Assembly (NCBI GenBank): GCA_026004395.1
Contig: BPJB01000001.1
Location: 905,226 to 969,225 of the forward strand
DNA from: Patescibacteria group bacterium
Lineage (GTDB): Bacteria > Patescibacteriota > Microgenomatia > Levybacterales > UBA12049
Length of the DNA stretch: 64,000 nt
Reading direction: 5' to 3'
Shown here: in pieces, positions 9,043 through 18,578 of the stretch
Layout of the letters: each line of letters opens with the position of its first letter
How positions within the stretch are numbered: position 1 is the first letter of the stretch
Made by a program: the position numbers and the translations under genes
The notes under the pieces: generated by a model
Databases searched by the model: none
Seen by the model: the letters and a program-made list of their open reading frames with translations, nothing else
Told to the model about the DNA's origin: nothing

Positions 9043-10260
9043 ATGCGTAAACAACTTCTCTTCTCTCTTTTGATATTGCTTTTTATTCTGACAGGAACTT
9101 TTCTTGTTGTTCTTTACGGCAAAGGATATCGACTAAATATTGGTGAGGGAAAACCCAAAGTTTCCAAAACAGGTCTTTTAGTTGCAACCAGCATACCTAA
9201 TGGAGCACAGGTGTTGATTAATGGCAACCTAACAACTGCAACTGACAGCACAATAGATCTCACACCTGGCATGTATGAAATTGAGATTAAAAAAGATGGT
9301 TATTTCCCTTGGAAAAAACGATTAGAAATTAAAGAAGAGATTGTGACCAAGGCAGATGCACTTCTTTATCCTATTGCTCCAAAACTGGAGAGTATTACAA
9401 CAACTGGCGTACAGAATCCTGTGCTTGATCCTTCTGGCACCAAAATCGCTTTTACAGTGGCATCTCAATCCGCAAGAAGCAACGGTGTATATGTTTATGA
9501 CATGAATGCACGCACTGTACTATCACTGCAATCAGCAGCTAAGTTAATTGCCAATGATACTGTAGCACCTTTTTCAGAAGCCACGTTATCTTGGACACCT
9601 GATGGCGAACAAATAATCGCAACTATTAACACTTCCTCTGGACCAGTCACCTATCTCTTGAATAGTAGTCAGTTCAACGAAAACCCACGCAATGTTACGG
9701 CAACACTTCCAACTCTTAAAGAACAGTGGGAGATTGAGAAAGCAGAAAAAGACGAGGCTCAGGTCGTTGGATTAAAATCAGCATTAAGAAAAATGATCTC
9801 TGATAATTTTCATATTCTCTCTTGGTCACCTGATGACACTAAGATTCTTTATATTGCATCTAAATCTGCCGATCTACCACTAATTATCAAACCTCGAATT
9901 ATAGGAATTGATACACTCAGAGAAGTAAGAAAGATCGAGAAAGGCGGAGTATATGTTTATGATCTTAAGGAAGATAGAAATACCAAAATTCTAGACTCAG
10001 TTCCTGATACTTGTCGTGAAGATATCACAACGTGTGAATTACCCCTTCGCTGGTTCCCAGATTCTAAGCATCTTGTTTATGTACATGATTCAGAAATTCA
10101 CATGTTGGAGATAGATGGCACAAATGATACTATCATCTATGCAGGACCTTTTATTGATAGCTTTGTTTTTCCTTGGCCAACAGGTGAAAAAATGGTTATT
10201 CTGACTGATCTTAACAACCGCCAAATCCTCCCCAACCTCTACACGATAAGCTTAAAATAA
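9043..10260 (+). CDS. membrane-anchored PEGA-domain protein with C-terminal beta-propeller (TolB/WD40-like) region
   Basis: N-terminal TM. PEGA motif in SIPNGAQVLINGNLTTATDSTIDLTPGMYEIEIKKDGYFPWKKRLEIK. Repeated SWTPDG / SWSPDD propeller-like segments. Confidence 0.6.
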   Translation: MRKQLLFSLLILLFILTGTFLVVLYGKGYRLNIGEGKPKVSKTGLLVATSIPNGAQVLINGNLTTATDSTIDLTPGMYEIEIKKDGYFPWKKRLEIKEEIVTKADALLYPIAPKLESITTTGVQNPVLDPSGTKIAFTVASQSARSNGVYVYDMNARTVLSLQSAAKLIANDTVAPFSEATLSWTPDGEQIIATINTSSGPVTYLLNSSQFNENPRNVTATLPTLKEQWEIEKAEKDEAQVVGLKSALRKMISDNFHILSWSPDDTKILYIASKSADLPLIIKPRIIGIDTLREVRKIEKGGVYVYDLKEDRNTKILDSVPDTCREDITTCELPLRWFPDSKHLVYVHDSEIHMLEIDGTNDTIIYAGPFIDSFVFPWPTGEKMVILTDLNNRQILPNLYTISLK

Positions 10261-10284
10261 CCTCAAATGTATACTTATTGAATG

Positions 10285-10314
10285 ACAAGTATACAGGTAT
10301 ACCTGTATACTTGT
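10285..10314. repeat. 30-nt perfect palindrome ACAAGTATACAGGTATACCTGTATACTTGT (family 1)
   Basis: The sequence is its own reverse complement. It sits between convergent genes (9043..10260 plus strand, 10353..11276 minus strand). An identical copy is at 11915-11944. Confidence 0.85.
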
Positions 10315-10352
10315 TAACTACATCTATCAATCAAATAGCTTAATTTATTCCT

Positions 10353-11276
10353 TTAACGTCTTTGCGGGGTTGCGATTACAAAAAGCCTCTTCCACGTGGT
10401 CCCCGGAGGCCAACAGGTTTGCAGAATGAGTTTTTGAACTCCTGTGTGCTGACTATTCACCAGCAGATCAACATCATCTGCATCTTTAATCTCTATATGA
10501 TCTACTACATAGTTATATCTTCTGCCCTCAAAAAAAATGATTACCTCATCTCCTTTTTGCAGCTCCTTAAGAAGATAAAACACAGCATTATATCTGCCAA
10601 CATTCCAAAAATTATCTGTAGAATGAGCAAAGATATAAGTATTGCCCTCAAATCCTGGAAAAACAGTCCCCTTTGCATGAGCAACACCTGTTTGAAGTAG
10701 TGGCAAAAATTCCTTCTCATTAGTTGGATCAACATTCGGATATACCTTTGAGGTTGCGCCGATTTTGGGAATAACAATACTAAACTGCGTATCTGGAGGA
10801 ACAAGTATTTGCTGCTTGGCTCCTATGAGTGCCTCACCAAAACCCGGAGCTGTCGTTTGTACGGCAGAAGATGTATTAACCTCGACAGTATATTTGATAT
10901 CTCTCATTTTGATGATTTGATATTTGACTTCATAGACAAGTACGGGTCCAAAAGTTGCACCTACACCATAGAGACTGAAAAGCACAAGAAAGTTACCAAT
11001 ACTGCGAAGAATTACAAATCGTATTTTCTCTCTTCTACTCATATAGTGATCAGTGGCAGCTGATGAAGAACTGTGATTAACAGTTGCATTTTTCAAAACT
11101 AGTTCTGAAATGGAATTGTTTTCTGTTTTACTACTAAATATAGATTTGGGAGATGATGTTTTCTGTACTTTTAAGGGGTAAAAACTCTCACCTTTATACT
11201 CATCATTATATGCACTACGACTGTTTTCTCGCTTACGTGTTTTTTGCAGGAAGTCCTTGCCATGTGTATAACTCAT
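10353..11276 (-). CDS. sortase-family transpeptidase with a Ser-rich cytoplasmic N-terminal extension and a TM anchor
   Basis: IVIPKIGATSKVYP... YIFAHSTDNFWN ... GDEVIIFFEGRRYNYVV ... KLILQTCWPPGTTWKRLFVIA. These give a TLxTC-type catalytic Cys context plus the His and Arg positions of the sortase fold. Confidence 0.65.
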   Translation of the reverse strand: MSYTHGKDFLQKTRKRENSRSAYNDEYKGESFYPLKVQKTSSPKSIFSSKTENNSISELVLKNATVNHSSSSAATDHYMSRREKIRFVILRSIGNFLVLFSLYGVGATFGPVLVYEVKYQIIKMRDIKYTVEVNTSSAVQTTAPGFGEALIGAKQQILVPPDTQFSIVIPKIGATSKVYPNVDPTNEKEFLPLLQTGVAHAKGTVFPGFEGNTYIFAHSTDNFWNVGRYNAVFYLLKELQKGDEVIIFFEGRRYNYVVDHIEIKDADDVDLLVNSQHTGVQKLILQTCWPPGTTWKRLFVIATPQRR

Positions 11277-11434
11277 GAGTATATTGTACTCTAAATCAAA
11301 ATTAGGTTAAATTCCTTCAATAATTTTTAAAAAAAACTTAAACTTAATAGACTACTAAAAACCTAATTCAAACAAACAGTTTGCCACTCTTTACATCCTT
11401 TTGTAAAAAATTAAAATTTGCAGCAATGTTATTG

Positions 11435-11507
11435 TACCCCTGGAGGGAATTGCACCCCCGACCAACCCCTTAGGACGGGGCTGCTCTATCTACTGAGCTA
11501 CAGGGGC
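11435..11507 (-). tRNA. tRNA-Arg (anticodon CCT)
   Basis: The reverse complement folds as GCCCCTG-TA-GCTC-AGTAGAT-AGAGC-A-GCCCC-GTCCTAA-GGGGT-TGGTC-GGGGG-TGCAATT-CCCTC-CAGGGGT-A. Anticodon loop is GT-CCT-AA. CCA is not encoded. Confidence 0.7.
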
Positions 11508-11770
11508 ATATTATCTATCATAATATTACTTTTAATATAAAAGTTATAAAAAATACATCAAGATTTGCATCTTATCTTGATCTATTCTATACTCATTTGC
11601 TCTTAAAGTAAAATATTTTGCGACCAAATTAAAACTAAGGATTAACACATCAGTTGTTATTCTAGAAAACATGTGAATGATAGTTAGGTAGGTTTTCCTG
11701 CACAATACAATATAGAAATAGAATAATAAAAATCAAATAAGGATTAAAAAGATATTAAAATTTCTCTTTG

Positions 11771-11845
11771 CGGAGTGTAGCGCAGTTGGTAGCGCGCAGC
11801 GTTCGGGACGCTGAGGTCGGCGGTTCGAGTCCGCCCACTCCGACC
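11771..11845 (+). tRNA. tRNA-Pro (anticodon CGG)
   Basis: CGGAGTG-TA-GCGC-AGTTGGTA-GCGC-G-CAGCG-TTCGGGA-CGCTG-AGGTC-GGCGG-TTCGAGT-CCGCC-CACTCCG-A-CC. The T-loop TTCGAGT and the D-loop are canonical. Confidence 0.75.
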
Positions 11846-11914
11846 TTCTATTTTATTTCACTTTTTCTAATCTCTCTGAGTTCTGAGACTATAAAAGTAG
11901 AAAAGATTAACCCT

Positions 11915-11944
11915 ACAAGTATACAGGTATACCTGTATACTTGT
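11915..11944. repeat. 30-nt perfect palindrome, family 1 (identical to 10285-10314)
   Basis: ACAAGTATACAGGTATACCTGTATACTTGT, between tRNA-Pro and the convergent gene 11967..12398. Confidence 0.85.
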
Positions 11945-11966
11945 TAATCTAAACTTATATTTGAAA

Positions 11967-12398
11967 CTAAGTTATATCTCCTTGATAAAGTTTTGCCCTG
12001 GATTGCATATCGTTCTTTGCTTGAAGTGCTAGATCCAAGGGTTTGAGTAACTCTGTTATATGCTCCCATAACTTACCCTTTTCACTCTGCTTTATCACTT
12101 GTCTTATTAAATCCTTAAATTGATTATCCTTCTCTGCCCAAGAAAGTTCAGAAACGCGAACCATCTCTTTACTTACTCCTATCAAATTTGCTATCTGAGA
12201 TGTTGTATATCCTTTCTCAAGTAGCATAAATACCATCAATCGTTTGGAGATCATTGTTTGTTCTTCTTTGGTAAAAAACTCGCGATACACTACCTGAGCG
12301 TTATCTTTTGAACTCAAAGAAGAAAAAAGATTAAAAATATTCTCCATCATCTCTTTTGCAAGAATAGATGGAATAGGAAATCTCGATGCTCTTGGCAT
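11967..12398 (-). CDS. small HTH DNA-binding protein (TrpR/YerC-like)
   Basis: 143 aa. RLMVFMLLEKGYTTSQIANLIGVSKEMVRVSE resembles a TrpR/sigma-region-4-type HTH. Weak. Confidence 0.35.
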   Translation of the reverse strand: MPRASRFPIPSILAKEMMENIFNLFSSLSSKDNAQVVYREFFTKEEQTMISKRLMVFMLLEKGYTTSQIANLIGVSKEMVRVSELSWAEKDNQFKDLIRQVIKQSEKGKLWEHITELLKPLDLALQAKNDMQSRAKLYQGDIT

Positions 12399-12433
12399 AT
12401 ATACAGGTATACATGTATACCTGTATACTTGTC
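12399..12433. repeat. family-1 palindrome variant (TATACAGGTATACATGTATACCTGTATACTTGT)
   Basis: An extended copy carrying an extra TACATGTATA unit. It lies in the divergent promoter region between 11967..12398 (minus) and 12532..13275 (plus). Confidence 0.7.
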
Positions 12434-12531
12434 AAGAAGAAGTAAGAATACTCCTAAGATTAGTAGTGCCTTATCTTAAAAGTAAATAATTAGAATCAAT
12501 TTAGATCAGATAACAGTGCTATACTATCAGC

Positions 12532-13275
12532 ATGAAACTTCTCTCACTTGCTCCATCTTGCACAGAGATACTTTATGCATTAGGTCTGGGTGATCAAATT
12601 GTTGGGACAACTGTTTACTGCGATTATCCTCCTGATGCCCAAAAAAAGCTAAAAATAGGATCGTGGATCACCACACAACCTGAAAAAATCAAAGCACTTA
12701 AGCCCGATCTTATCTTTACCTCCTATTTTCTCCCGGAACCACTTATTGGATGGACTGGACCCGGAGAAATAATTCATATTGTACCTCGCACACTTGATGA
12801 TATCCAAGAAAGTTTTAAAATCATCGGTAGAGTCACCAAACAATATTGTAGAGCTTTAGAACTTGTTCAGAGATTTAAATATCAGCTTGAACAAATTCGC
12901 CTTTCTCAACCGACTACACGACCTAAGGTTTATATGGAAGAATGGCCATCACCTCCTATGGTAAGCGGCAACTGGATACCCGAAATAGTCGCAATAGCAG
13001 GAGGTATTCCTGTCATCGCTAAAAAGGGACTGCCAAGTTGTGAATTTAATTTCCAAGAATTAGCAAGAGAAGATCCTGATGTTATGATTTTTCACTGGTG
13101 CGGCTTTGGAGATCGCTGGAATAAATCTATCATAATAAATCGCAATGGTTGGAAAGATCTCAAAGCAATTCAAAAAAATACATTATTTGTTATCCACGAC
13201 TCATTGCTTAACCGCCCATCACCAAGATTGGTTATTGGTGCACAAAAACTCCAACAGATATTTGCAAATCTTTAG
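12532..13275 (+). CDS. periplasmic-binding-protein fold (BtuF/FhuD-like, Peripla_BP_2) protein
   Basis: LLSLAPSCTEILYALGLGDQIVGTTVYCDYPPDAQKKLKIGSW...KIKALKPDLIFTS matches the cobalamin/siderophore-binding PBP signature. No obvious signal peptide. Confidence 0.55.
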   Translation: MKLLSLAPSCTEILYALGLGDQIVGTTVYCDYPPDAQKKLKIGSWITTQPEKIKALKPDLIFTSYFLPEPLIGWTGPGEIIHIVPRTLDDIQESFKIIGRVTKQYCRALELVQRFKYQLEQIRLSQPTTRPKVYMEEWPSPPMVSGNWIPEIVAIAGGIPVIAKKGLPSCEFNFQELAREDPDVMIFHWCGFGDRWNKSIIINRNGWKDLKAIQKNTLFVIHDSLLNRPSPRLVIGAQKLQQIFANL

Positions 13276-13303
13276 TATTTTGTTATAAGTAAATTAACAG
13301 TTC

Positions 13304-13771
13304 ATGAAACAAGAACCCAAATTAATTATTTTTCTTTTGCGTTTAAGTCTTGCTTGGATTTTCCTCTACTCAAGTATAAGTAAGATAATTGCAAGTGATT
13401 GGACCTCAGCTGATTTTCTTAAAGGAGCATCAAGCTTAAAACCGCTTTTTGACTGGTTTGCTAGCCCTCAAAATATTGGGTGGGTTGATTTTCTCAATAT
13501 TTATGGTCAACTGGCTTTAGGTATTGCACTTCTCTTAGGAATTTTTTTACCAATTGCAGCAATCGGTGGAGTAGCAATGATGTCACTTTATTATTTAGCA
13601 CAAATTCATTTTCCTTACGTAGGACGTGGAACGCTTTTTCTGCTTATTGATGATCATGTGATTTATTCATTATGTCTGCTACTTCTTTGGAAGTTTGATG
13701 CGGGTAGATACTTAGGTCTTAAAACACAAGTTGCGCAACTATTAGGAAACAGATTACAAAAACTTAACTAA
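13304..13771 (+). CDS. DoxX-like small membrane protein
   Basis: LLRLSLAWIFLYSSISKI... with 3-4 predicted TM helices. Confidence 0.45.
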   Translation: MKQEPKLIIFLLRLSLAWIFLYSSISKIIASDWTSADFLKGASSLKPLFDWFASPQNIGWVDFLNIYGQLALGIALLLGIFLPIAAIGGVAMMSLYYLAQIHFPYVGRGTLFLLIDDHVIYSLCLLLLWKFDAGRYLGLKTQVAQLLGNRLQKLN

Positions 13772-13798
13772 ACAAAATAGAATTAATGCTTTAAGAGC

Positions 13799-14371
13799 TT
13801 AAATCTTCTCCTCAGCTCTTTCGTAGCTGTGAATTTCCTCAGGTGTAAACCAAAGCATTTTTTCAAAGTTAGCTTCCTCTAGAGATCCTGAGATATGAAT
13901 CAAATTACTCACTCCTCGCCTTTCAACATTGGCATATGCTGCTGAATCTGTTGAGAAATCACCGCGTATTGTACCTGCCGGAGCTGCAACAGGCATTGTT
14001 GGCCCTGCTAGACGAATTACATTATCAACTGCATGACGTCCTTCAAGAAGAATTGCGATCACAGGTCCTGACTGCATATAATCCATAAGCCATCCCACTA
14101 CTAATTTGCCTAATTCTTTAGGATCATCTGTACCAAAATCTTTTTTTGCATCCTTGCCGTATTTTTGATAAGTATCAAGGGTTTTCCTACCGAGTCTCTC
14201 AATAGTTGCTTCTTTCTCAGTTCCATAATGCTTGTGGAAGTGTTCACGACTAGGCTTTGTCATTTTCATGGCAACAATTTTGAGTCCACATCTCTCAAAA
14301 CGATGAAGGATTTCTCCAACAACTCCTCTTTTTACTGCATCTGGTTTCATCAAGACAACTGTTTGTTCCAT
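13799..14371 (-). CDS. ndk: nucleoside diphosphate kinase
   Basis: EQTVVLMKPDAVKRGVVGEILHRFERCGLKIVAMKM ... NLIHISGSLEEA (active-site His region). It carries an internal insertion of about 40 aa compared with typical Ndk proteins of about 140-150 aa. Confidence 0.85.
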   Translation of the reverse strand: MEQTVVLMKPDAVKRGVVGEILHRFERCGLKIVAMKMTKPSREHFHKHYGTEKEATIERLGRKTLDTYQKYGKDAKKDFGTDDPKELGKLVVGWLMDYMQSGPVIAILLEGRHAVDNVIRLAGPTMPVAAPAGTIRGDFSTDSAAYANVERRGVSNLIHISGSLEEANFEKMLWFTPEEIHSYERAEEKI

Positions 14372-14443
14372 ATCTATCTAATATTTAAAAATAAAACTCC
14401 TCTCTAAATGAGTATAATTCTTTGGTCACTTAATCTCAACCTT

Positions 14444-15718
14444 TTAGAATTGTACCACTTCTTCAAGTGCTTGTCTATCTTCAAAATTGCCAATAAGGGC
14501 AAGATTAAGACCACGATTGACAAAATATTTTTTCCCTACTTCCTCAATCTCTTCTATTGTTACTGCATCAACTTTTGCAAGCACATCATCAGGATTAAGT
14601 ACCTCTTTTTCTAAAAGCTCTTGGTGGGCATAGAAAGTACAAACAGATCGTGAGTCTTCAAGCTCAAGCACCAAATGACCTTTAATATATTCTTTGGCTT
14701 TTCTAAGCTCTGCTTCAGTGATCTGCATTTTACCTTCGGCTACTTTTCTATACTCGTGCATCATAACCTCAACTGCTTCTTTTACTCTCTTAGGATCAAT
14801 ACCAGCAAGAGAGACAAGACTTCCACAATCCAGATACTCATCTGAGTGCGATTTAACGTAGTATGCAAGACCTCTTTTTTCCCGCACCTCACTAAAAAGG
14901 CGTGAAGACATTCCCCCACCCAAGATTGACGCCAGTACAGATAAAGGATATTTCTCAGGATTATTAATGGATACTGTGCGCACACCAAGAGCGATATGTA
15001 TCTGTTCAGTTTTTTTCAAGCGGATGAGAATCTGAGGTTTTTCTTGTTTTTCAATAACGCCAACTGGTTTTTTTGTCTCAAATTTTTTCATCTTGCCGAA
15101 ATAATCTTCTACCAACTCGACAATTTTTTGCTCCTCTATTCCACCAGCGACGACAACGGTCATATTATGAGGGCTATAAAAAGATGAGAGATACTCTACA
15201 AAATCATCACGTGTAATTGAGCGAATAACATCCTTCTCTCCAGCAATATCCCAACCCATTGGCGTATCATCGTACAGCAACTGTTCATAGACGTCGCTGA
15301 TTTTACGCATGGGCATATCCTCGTAGAGATTGATCTCTTCAATAATTACACCTTTTTCTTTCTCTATCTCTGCGGGATCAAGCCTGCTGTTCTGAAGCAT
15401 ATCTGAGAGAACATCTAGCGTTATTTCGACATTATTTTTTCCTGCTTTCACATAGTAACCTGTGTATTCCTTACCTGTAAAAGCGTTAAACTCCCCACCA
15501 ATTCCATCAATAAGGCTGGAAATGTCCATGGCTGTTGGACGCTTTTTGGTACCTTTAAAAGCCATATGTTCCAAAAAATGAGATATGCCATTATTTTTCT
15601 TGGTTTCATATCTAGATCCGGCACCCACCATCACCAAAGCCGTAGCAGATTCGAAAGAAGGCATGGGAATTGTTAAAATTCTTAAACCATTAGAAAGTAA
15701 GTGTTTGTTGTACTTCAT
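14444..15718 (-). CDS. M16-family zinc peptidase (insulinase/pitrilysin-like)
   Basis: Inverted zinc motif HxxEH in GISHFLEHMAFKGT, followed by ...EY... for the downstream Glu. 424 aa. Confidence 0.8.
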   Translation of the reverse strand: MKYNKHLLSNGLRILTIPMPSFESATALVMVGAGSRYETKKNNGISHFLEHMAFKGTKKRPTAMDISSLIDGIGGEFNAFTGKEYTGYYVKAGKNNVEITLDVLSDMLQNSRLDPAEIEKEKGVIIEEINLYEDMPMRKISDVYEQLLYDDTPMGWDIAGEKDVIRSITRDDFVEYLSSFYSPHNMTVVVAGGIEEQKIVELVEDYFGKMKKFETKKPVGVIEKQEKPQILIRLKKTEQIHIALGVRTVSINNPEKYPLSVLASILGGGMSSRLFSEVREKRGLAYYVKSHSDEYLDCGSLVSLAGIDPKRVKEAVEVMMHEYRKVAEGKMQITEAELRKAKEYIKGHLVLELEDSRSVCTFYAHQELLEKEVLNPDDVLAKVDAVTIEEIEEVGKKYFVNRGLNLALIGNFEDRQALEEVVQF

Positions 15719-15943
15719 AAGATCATTGAGATTAAAACAACAGTTGAAATTTGCTCATTTTGCTTAAAATCTAAATTATTTTGTTCTGCTATTTTAGCAT
15801 TATCTTCTTAAGTTGCCAACCCTATTAATTCCTCAACAGCATATGCTTTCTCTCAGTGTCCATTTACAATCTATCACTATCAAAATATGAATTAATATAT
15901 ATTATAATATCAGTATCTTTAAGGTTTTCTATTGTATATGTAA

Positions 15944-15970
15944 GGTATACAAGTATACCTGTATACCTGC
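15944..15970. repeat. family-1 palindromic repeat variant (GGTATACAAGTATACCTGTATACCTGC)
   Basis: Shares the GTATACCTGTATAC core. Downstream of argS and upstream of the M16 peptidase gene. Confidence 0.7.
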
Positions 15971-16034
15971 AAAAGTTAGTTTGAATCTGCTGATGAGTCA
16001 AATAAGTTGTCTGACTCAGATCAATATTGAATAT

Positions 16035-17834
16035 TTACATTTTTTCAGGAGATTGTATACCAAGAAGCCAAAGACCTTCTTTAATAGTCTCTCCAACTCT
16101 CTGAGTCAAAAGAAGTCTAAATTCCCGAATATTTTCCGATGCTGTGAGAATTGGGTATTTTTGGTAAAAGAGATTGAAATGTTGCGCAAGCTCAAAAAGA
16201 TAGGTACAAATATCACTTGGACTGTACTTCTCAGCAGCTTCTTTCTTGACATCAGACCAGCGTATTAGATCAATAAGAAGCTGTCGCTCATCTTTTGATA
16301 AAGAATGCAAACACTCCACCTTATTAAGAAAAACTTTTTTTTCTGTTAAACCTGACTTCTCCAACACACTCCTTGTCCTAACATATGTATATTGTAGATA
16401 AGGTCCAGAGTTACCTTCAAATGAGATTGATTCCTCGAATCGAAATTCAATATCTTTTCCTATACTACTTCGCAGCAGTGCATACTTTACAGCACCCACT
16501 CCTACGATCTCTGCTATCTGATCTTGTTCCCAAGAAGCCACCTTGTAATGAGAGGTTTCACCTCTTATCTGTTTTTTTACTTCATCAAGTTTTGCTTTTG
16601 CCCGTGCAACAGCCTCATCCAAAAGCCACTCTCCTGTAATAATGTTCCCCATCCTGCTACTCATTTTCCCCTCAGGAAGTCTGACCATACCATGACCTAT
16701 ATGCAGAGTTTTTTCTGCAAGGTAAGGCTTGATAAGAGAAAGGACTTGCAAAAGAACGCGAAAGTACTCATTTATTTCATTTCCAGTGACGATTATAGAA
16801 AGATCATAAGGAAAATCGTGATATTTACTGATAGCAAGCCCTAGCTCTTTTGCCTCATATGTAGGAAGACCAAGTGAGTTAATAAAAACACGGTTATGCA
16901 AACCATATTTTTCACCTTTAAAAATAATCGCATTTTCACTTTCCTCAAAAACACCTTTCTTCAGATACTCTTTCACCAATGCAAGACCCACAGGACTAGC
17001 CTGACTCTCAAAATAATACTTCCAAAACTTTGTTCCTAATCGTTTATAAATAGTCTCAAAATACTCCAAGCTCCAAGATCTACCCTTGTAATAAAGTTGT
17101 TTGATATCAGGATATTTTTCACTCTCAGGTGCTTCTACTATGGTGTATATTTTTTTATTAAGTTCTATAATCTCTTTTTTCGCAGCCTCATCTTCTTCAT
17201 AACTTTTCGCACCTAAAGCGTAGGCTTCACCCAAAAATTTTGCTTTTTCTTTTAATGTTCTTTTATCAATATCATTAAGATCTATATTTTCCTCTTTAAG
17301 CTTGATGATCAGACCATAAATAGCCTTCGCCACATGCAAACCTACATCGCCTTGATAGTTTACTCTTCTGACCTCTGCTCCTTGCGATTCAATAAGTCGT
17401 GCCAAAGCTTCTCCAACAATATTGCTATAGAGATGACCTATATGAAATTCTTTGAAAGGATTGGGGTCTGTGAACTCAATCATAATTTTTTTCCCATTGA
17501 ACTTTTTTGATTTTTCCTCTGATACAGGTTCTATTAATTGAGAGCAAAGAAAAGTATTTTTCAAAGTGAAGTTAATAAAGCCCGGTTTGGCTATATCTAT
17601 TCTTTCAATCATCTCAGATTTTTCTTCTTGTAACTCGTCAACCAACAAAGATGCTGCCTCAAGCGGAGACTTTTTAAGCTTCTTTGCGATTACAAAAGCT
17701 ACATTGGTTGCGTAATCTCCAAAAGAGGGATCTTCTGTAGGAGTCACAGATACTTGAATATCTGAAATTTGCATCTTTTCAAGAGCATTCTTAAGTAATG
17801 CTGCAATTTGAGAAATCATACTCACATTATACAC
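16035..17834 (-). CDS. argS: arginyl-tRNA synthetase
   Basis: NPFKEFHIGHLYSNIVGEALARL...RRVNYQGDVGLHV (class I HIGH plus the ArgS signature). GKMSSRMG as the KMSKS-like loop. 599 aa. Confidence 0.9.
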   Translation of the reverse strand: MYNVSMISQIAALLKNALEKMQISDIQVSVTPTEDPSFGDYATNVAFVIAKKLKKSPLEAASLLVDELQEEKSEMIERIDIAKPGFINFTLKNTFLCSQLIEPVSEEKSKKFNGKKIMIEFTDPNPFKEFHIGHLYSNIVGEALARLIESQGAEVRRVNYQGDVGLHVAKAIYGLIIKLKEENIDLNDIDKRTLKEKAKFLGEAYALGAKSYEEDEAAKKEIIELNKKIYTIVEAPESEKYPDIKQLYYKGRSWSLEYFETIYKRLGTKFWKYYFESQASPVGLALVKEYLKKGVFEESENAIIFKGEKYGLHNRVFINSLGLPTYEAKELGLAISKYHDFPYDLSIIVTGNEINEYFRVLLQVLSLIKPYLAEKTLHIGHGMVRLPEGKMSSRMGNIITGEWLLDEAVARAKAKLDEVKKQIRGETSHYKVASWEQDQIAEIVGVGAVKYALLRSSIGKDIEFRFEESISFEGNSGPYLQYTYVRTRSVLEKSGLTEKKVFLNKVECLHSLSKDERQLLIDLIRWSDVKKEAAEKYSPSDICTYLFELAQHFNLFYQKYPILTASENIREFRLLLTQRVGETIKEGLWLLGIQSPEKM

Positions 17835-18074
17835 TAGACTTATGCAAAAGTTTTCAAATAAATTGATATTACAAAATCAATAATTCAAAACTTTAATCTA
17901 AGTAGATATCGATTTTGAATTCTCAGACTGCCAGAAAGACTGGATGCATGCAGATCTCACCCTCAAGATTAACACTTGCATTTTTTGCTAATACTTGCTA
18001 GCCTCATAAGTAGGAGCTATTGCTAGCGTTTTTGTAAAATATATATTACCTGTAAACGCTGCAACTGAACAATT

Positions 18075-18494
18075 ATGTCACCACATTCTGACCAAGAGTA
18101 TAAAAAGCTACTAACAGACGTTATACAAAGGCAAATTATGCTTCTTGGACCAACAATTGCTGTCACCAAAGCCAGACAAGTACCAGGAATTACTGTGGCA
18201 GATGATGGAACAGTAGTCAGCTTCACAGGTGATCCGCAACAGCTTACGCAACAGTTGATCGAACAGTTTGTGGAGCTCTCAGGACTTATTGTTAGAAAAA
18301 CAATGGAGCCTCTCCTTGCAAGCTATCCAGGATTAACAAATATTGTTCAAATGAATTCTAAAGTTTCTGACTCAAATACAGCGCAGCCTCCCCAACCACT
18401 CACATCATCCAATCAGACCACTGCACAACCAATACAAAATGCAACATCAAATCAGCAAACAGCAGAACAACCAATGCCAAAAATTGTAAACTGA
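18075..18494 (+). CDS. hypothetical protein with Gln/Thr-rich C-terminus
   Basis: ORF only. No recognisable domain. Confidence 0.3.
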   Translation: MSPHSDQEYKKLLTDVIQRQIMLLGPTIAVTKARQVPGITVADDGTVVSFTGDPQQLTQQLIEQFVELSGLIVRKTMEPLLASYPGLTNIVQMNSKVSDSNTAQPPQPLTSSNQTTAQPIQNATSNQQTAEQPMPKIVN

Positions 18495-18578
18495 TAATAT
18501 GCGGGAATAAACAGCGAAAGATCGTATCAATATTTCTCGCCTTAGCAAACTAGGTCATTTGAAATAAAAACTGATAAA

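Noticed and set aside
11277-11770. Possible additional ncRNA or rRNA fragment in the tRNA-containing intergenic region
   Set aside because: Apart from the two tRNAs, no conserved structured-RNA hallmarks could be recognised by eye. The region is AT-rich and promoter-like.
14165-14407. Small plus-strand ORFs overlapping ndk and the M16 peptidase gene (also 14408..14614, 14996..15187)
   Set aside because: Embedded antisense in well-supported conserved genes. No independent evidence.
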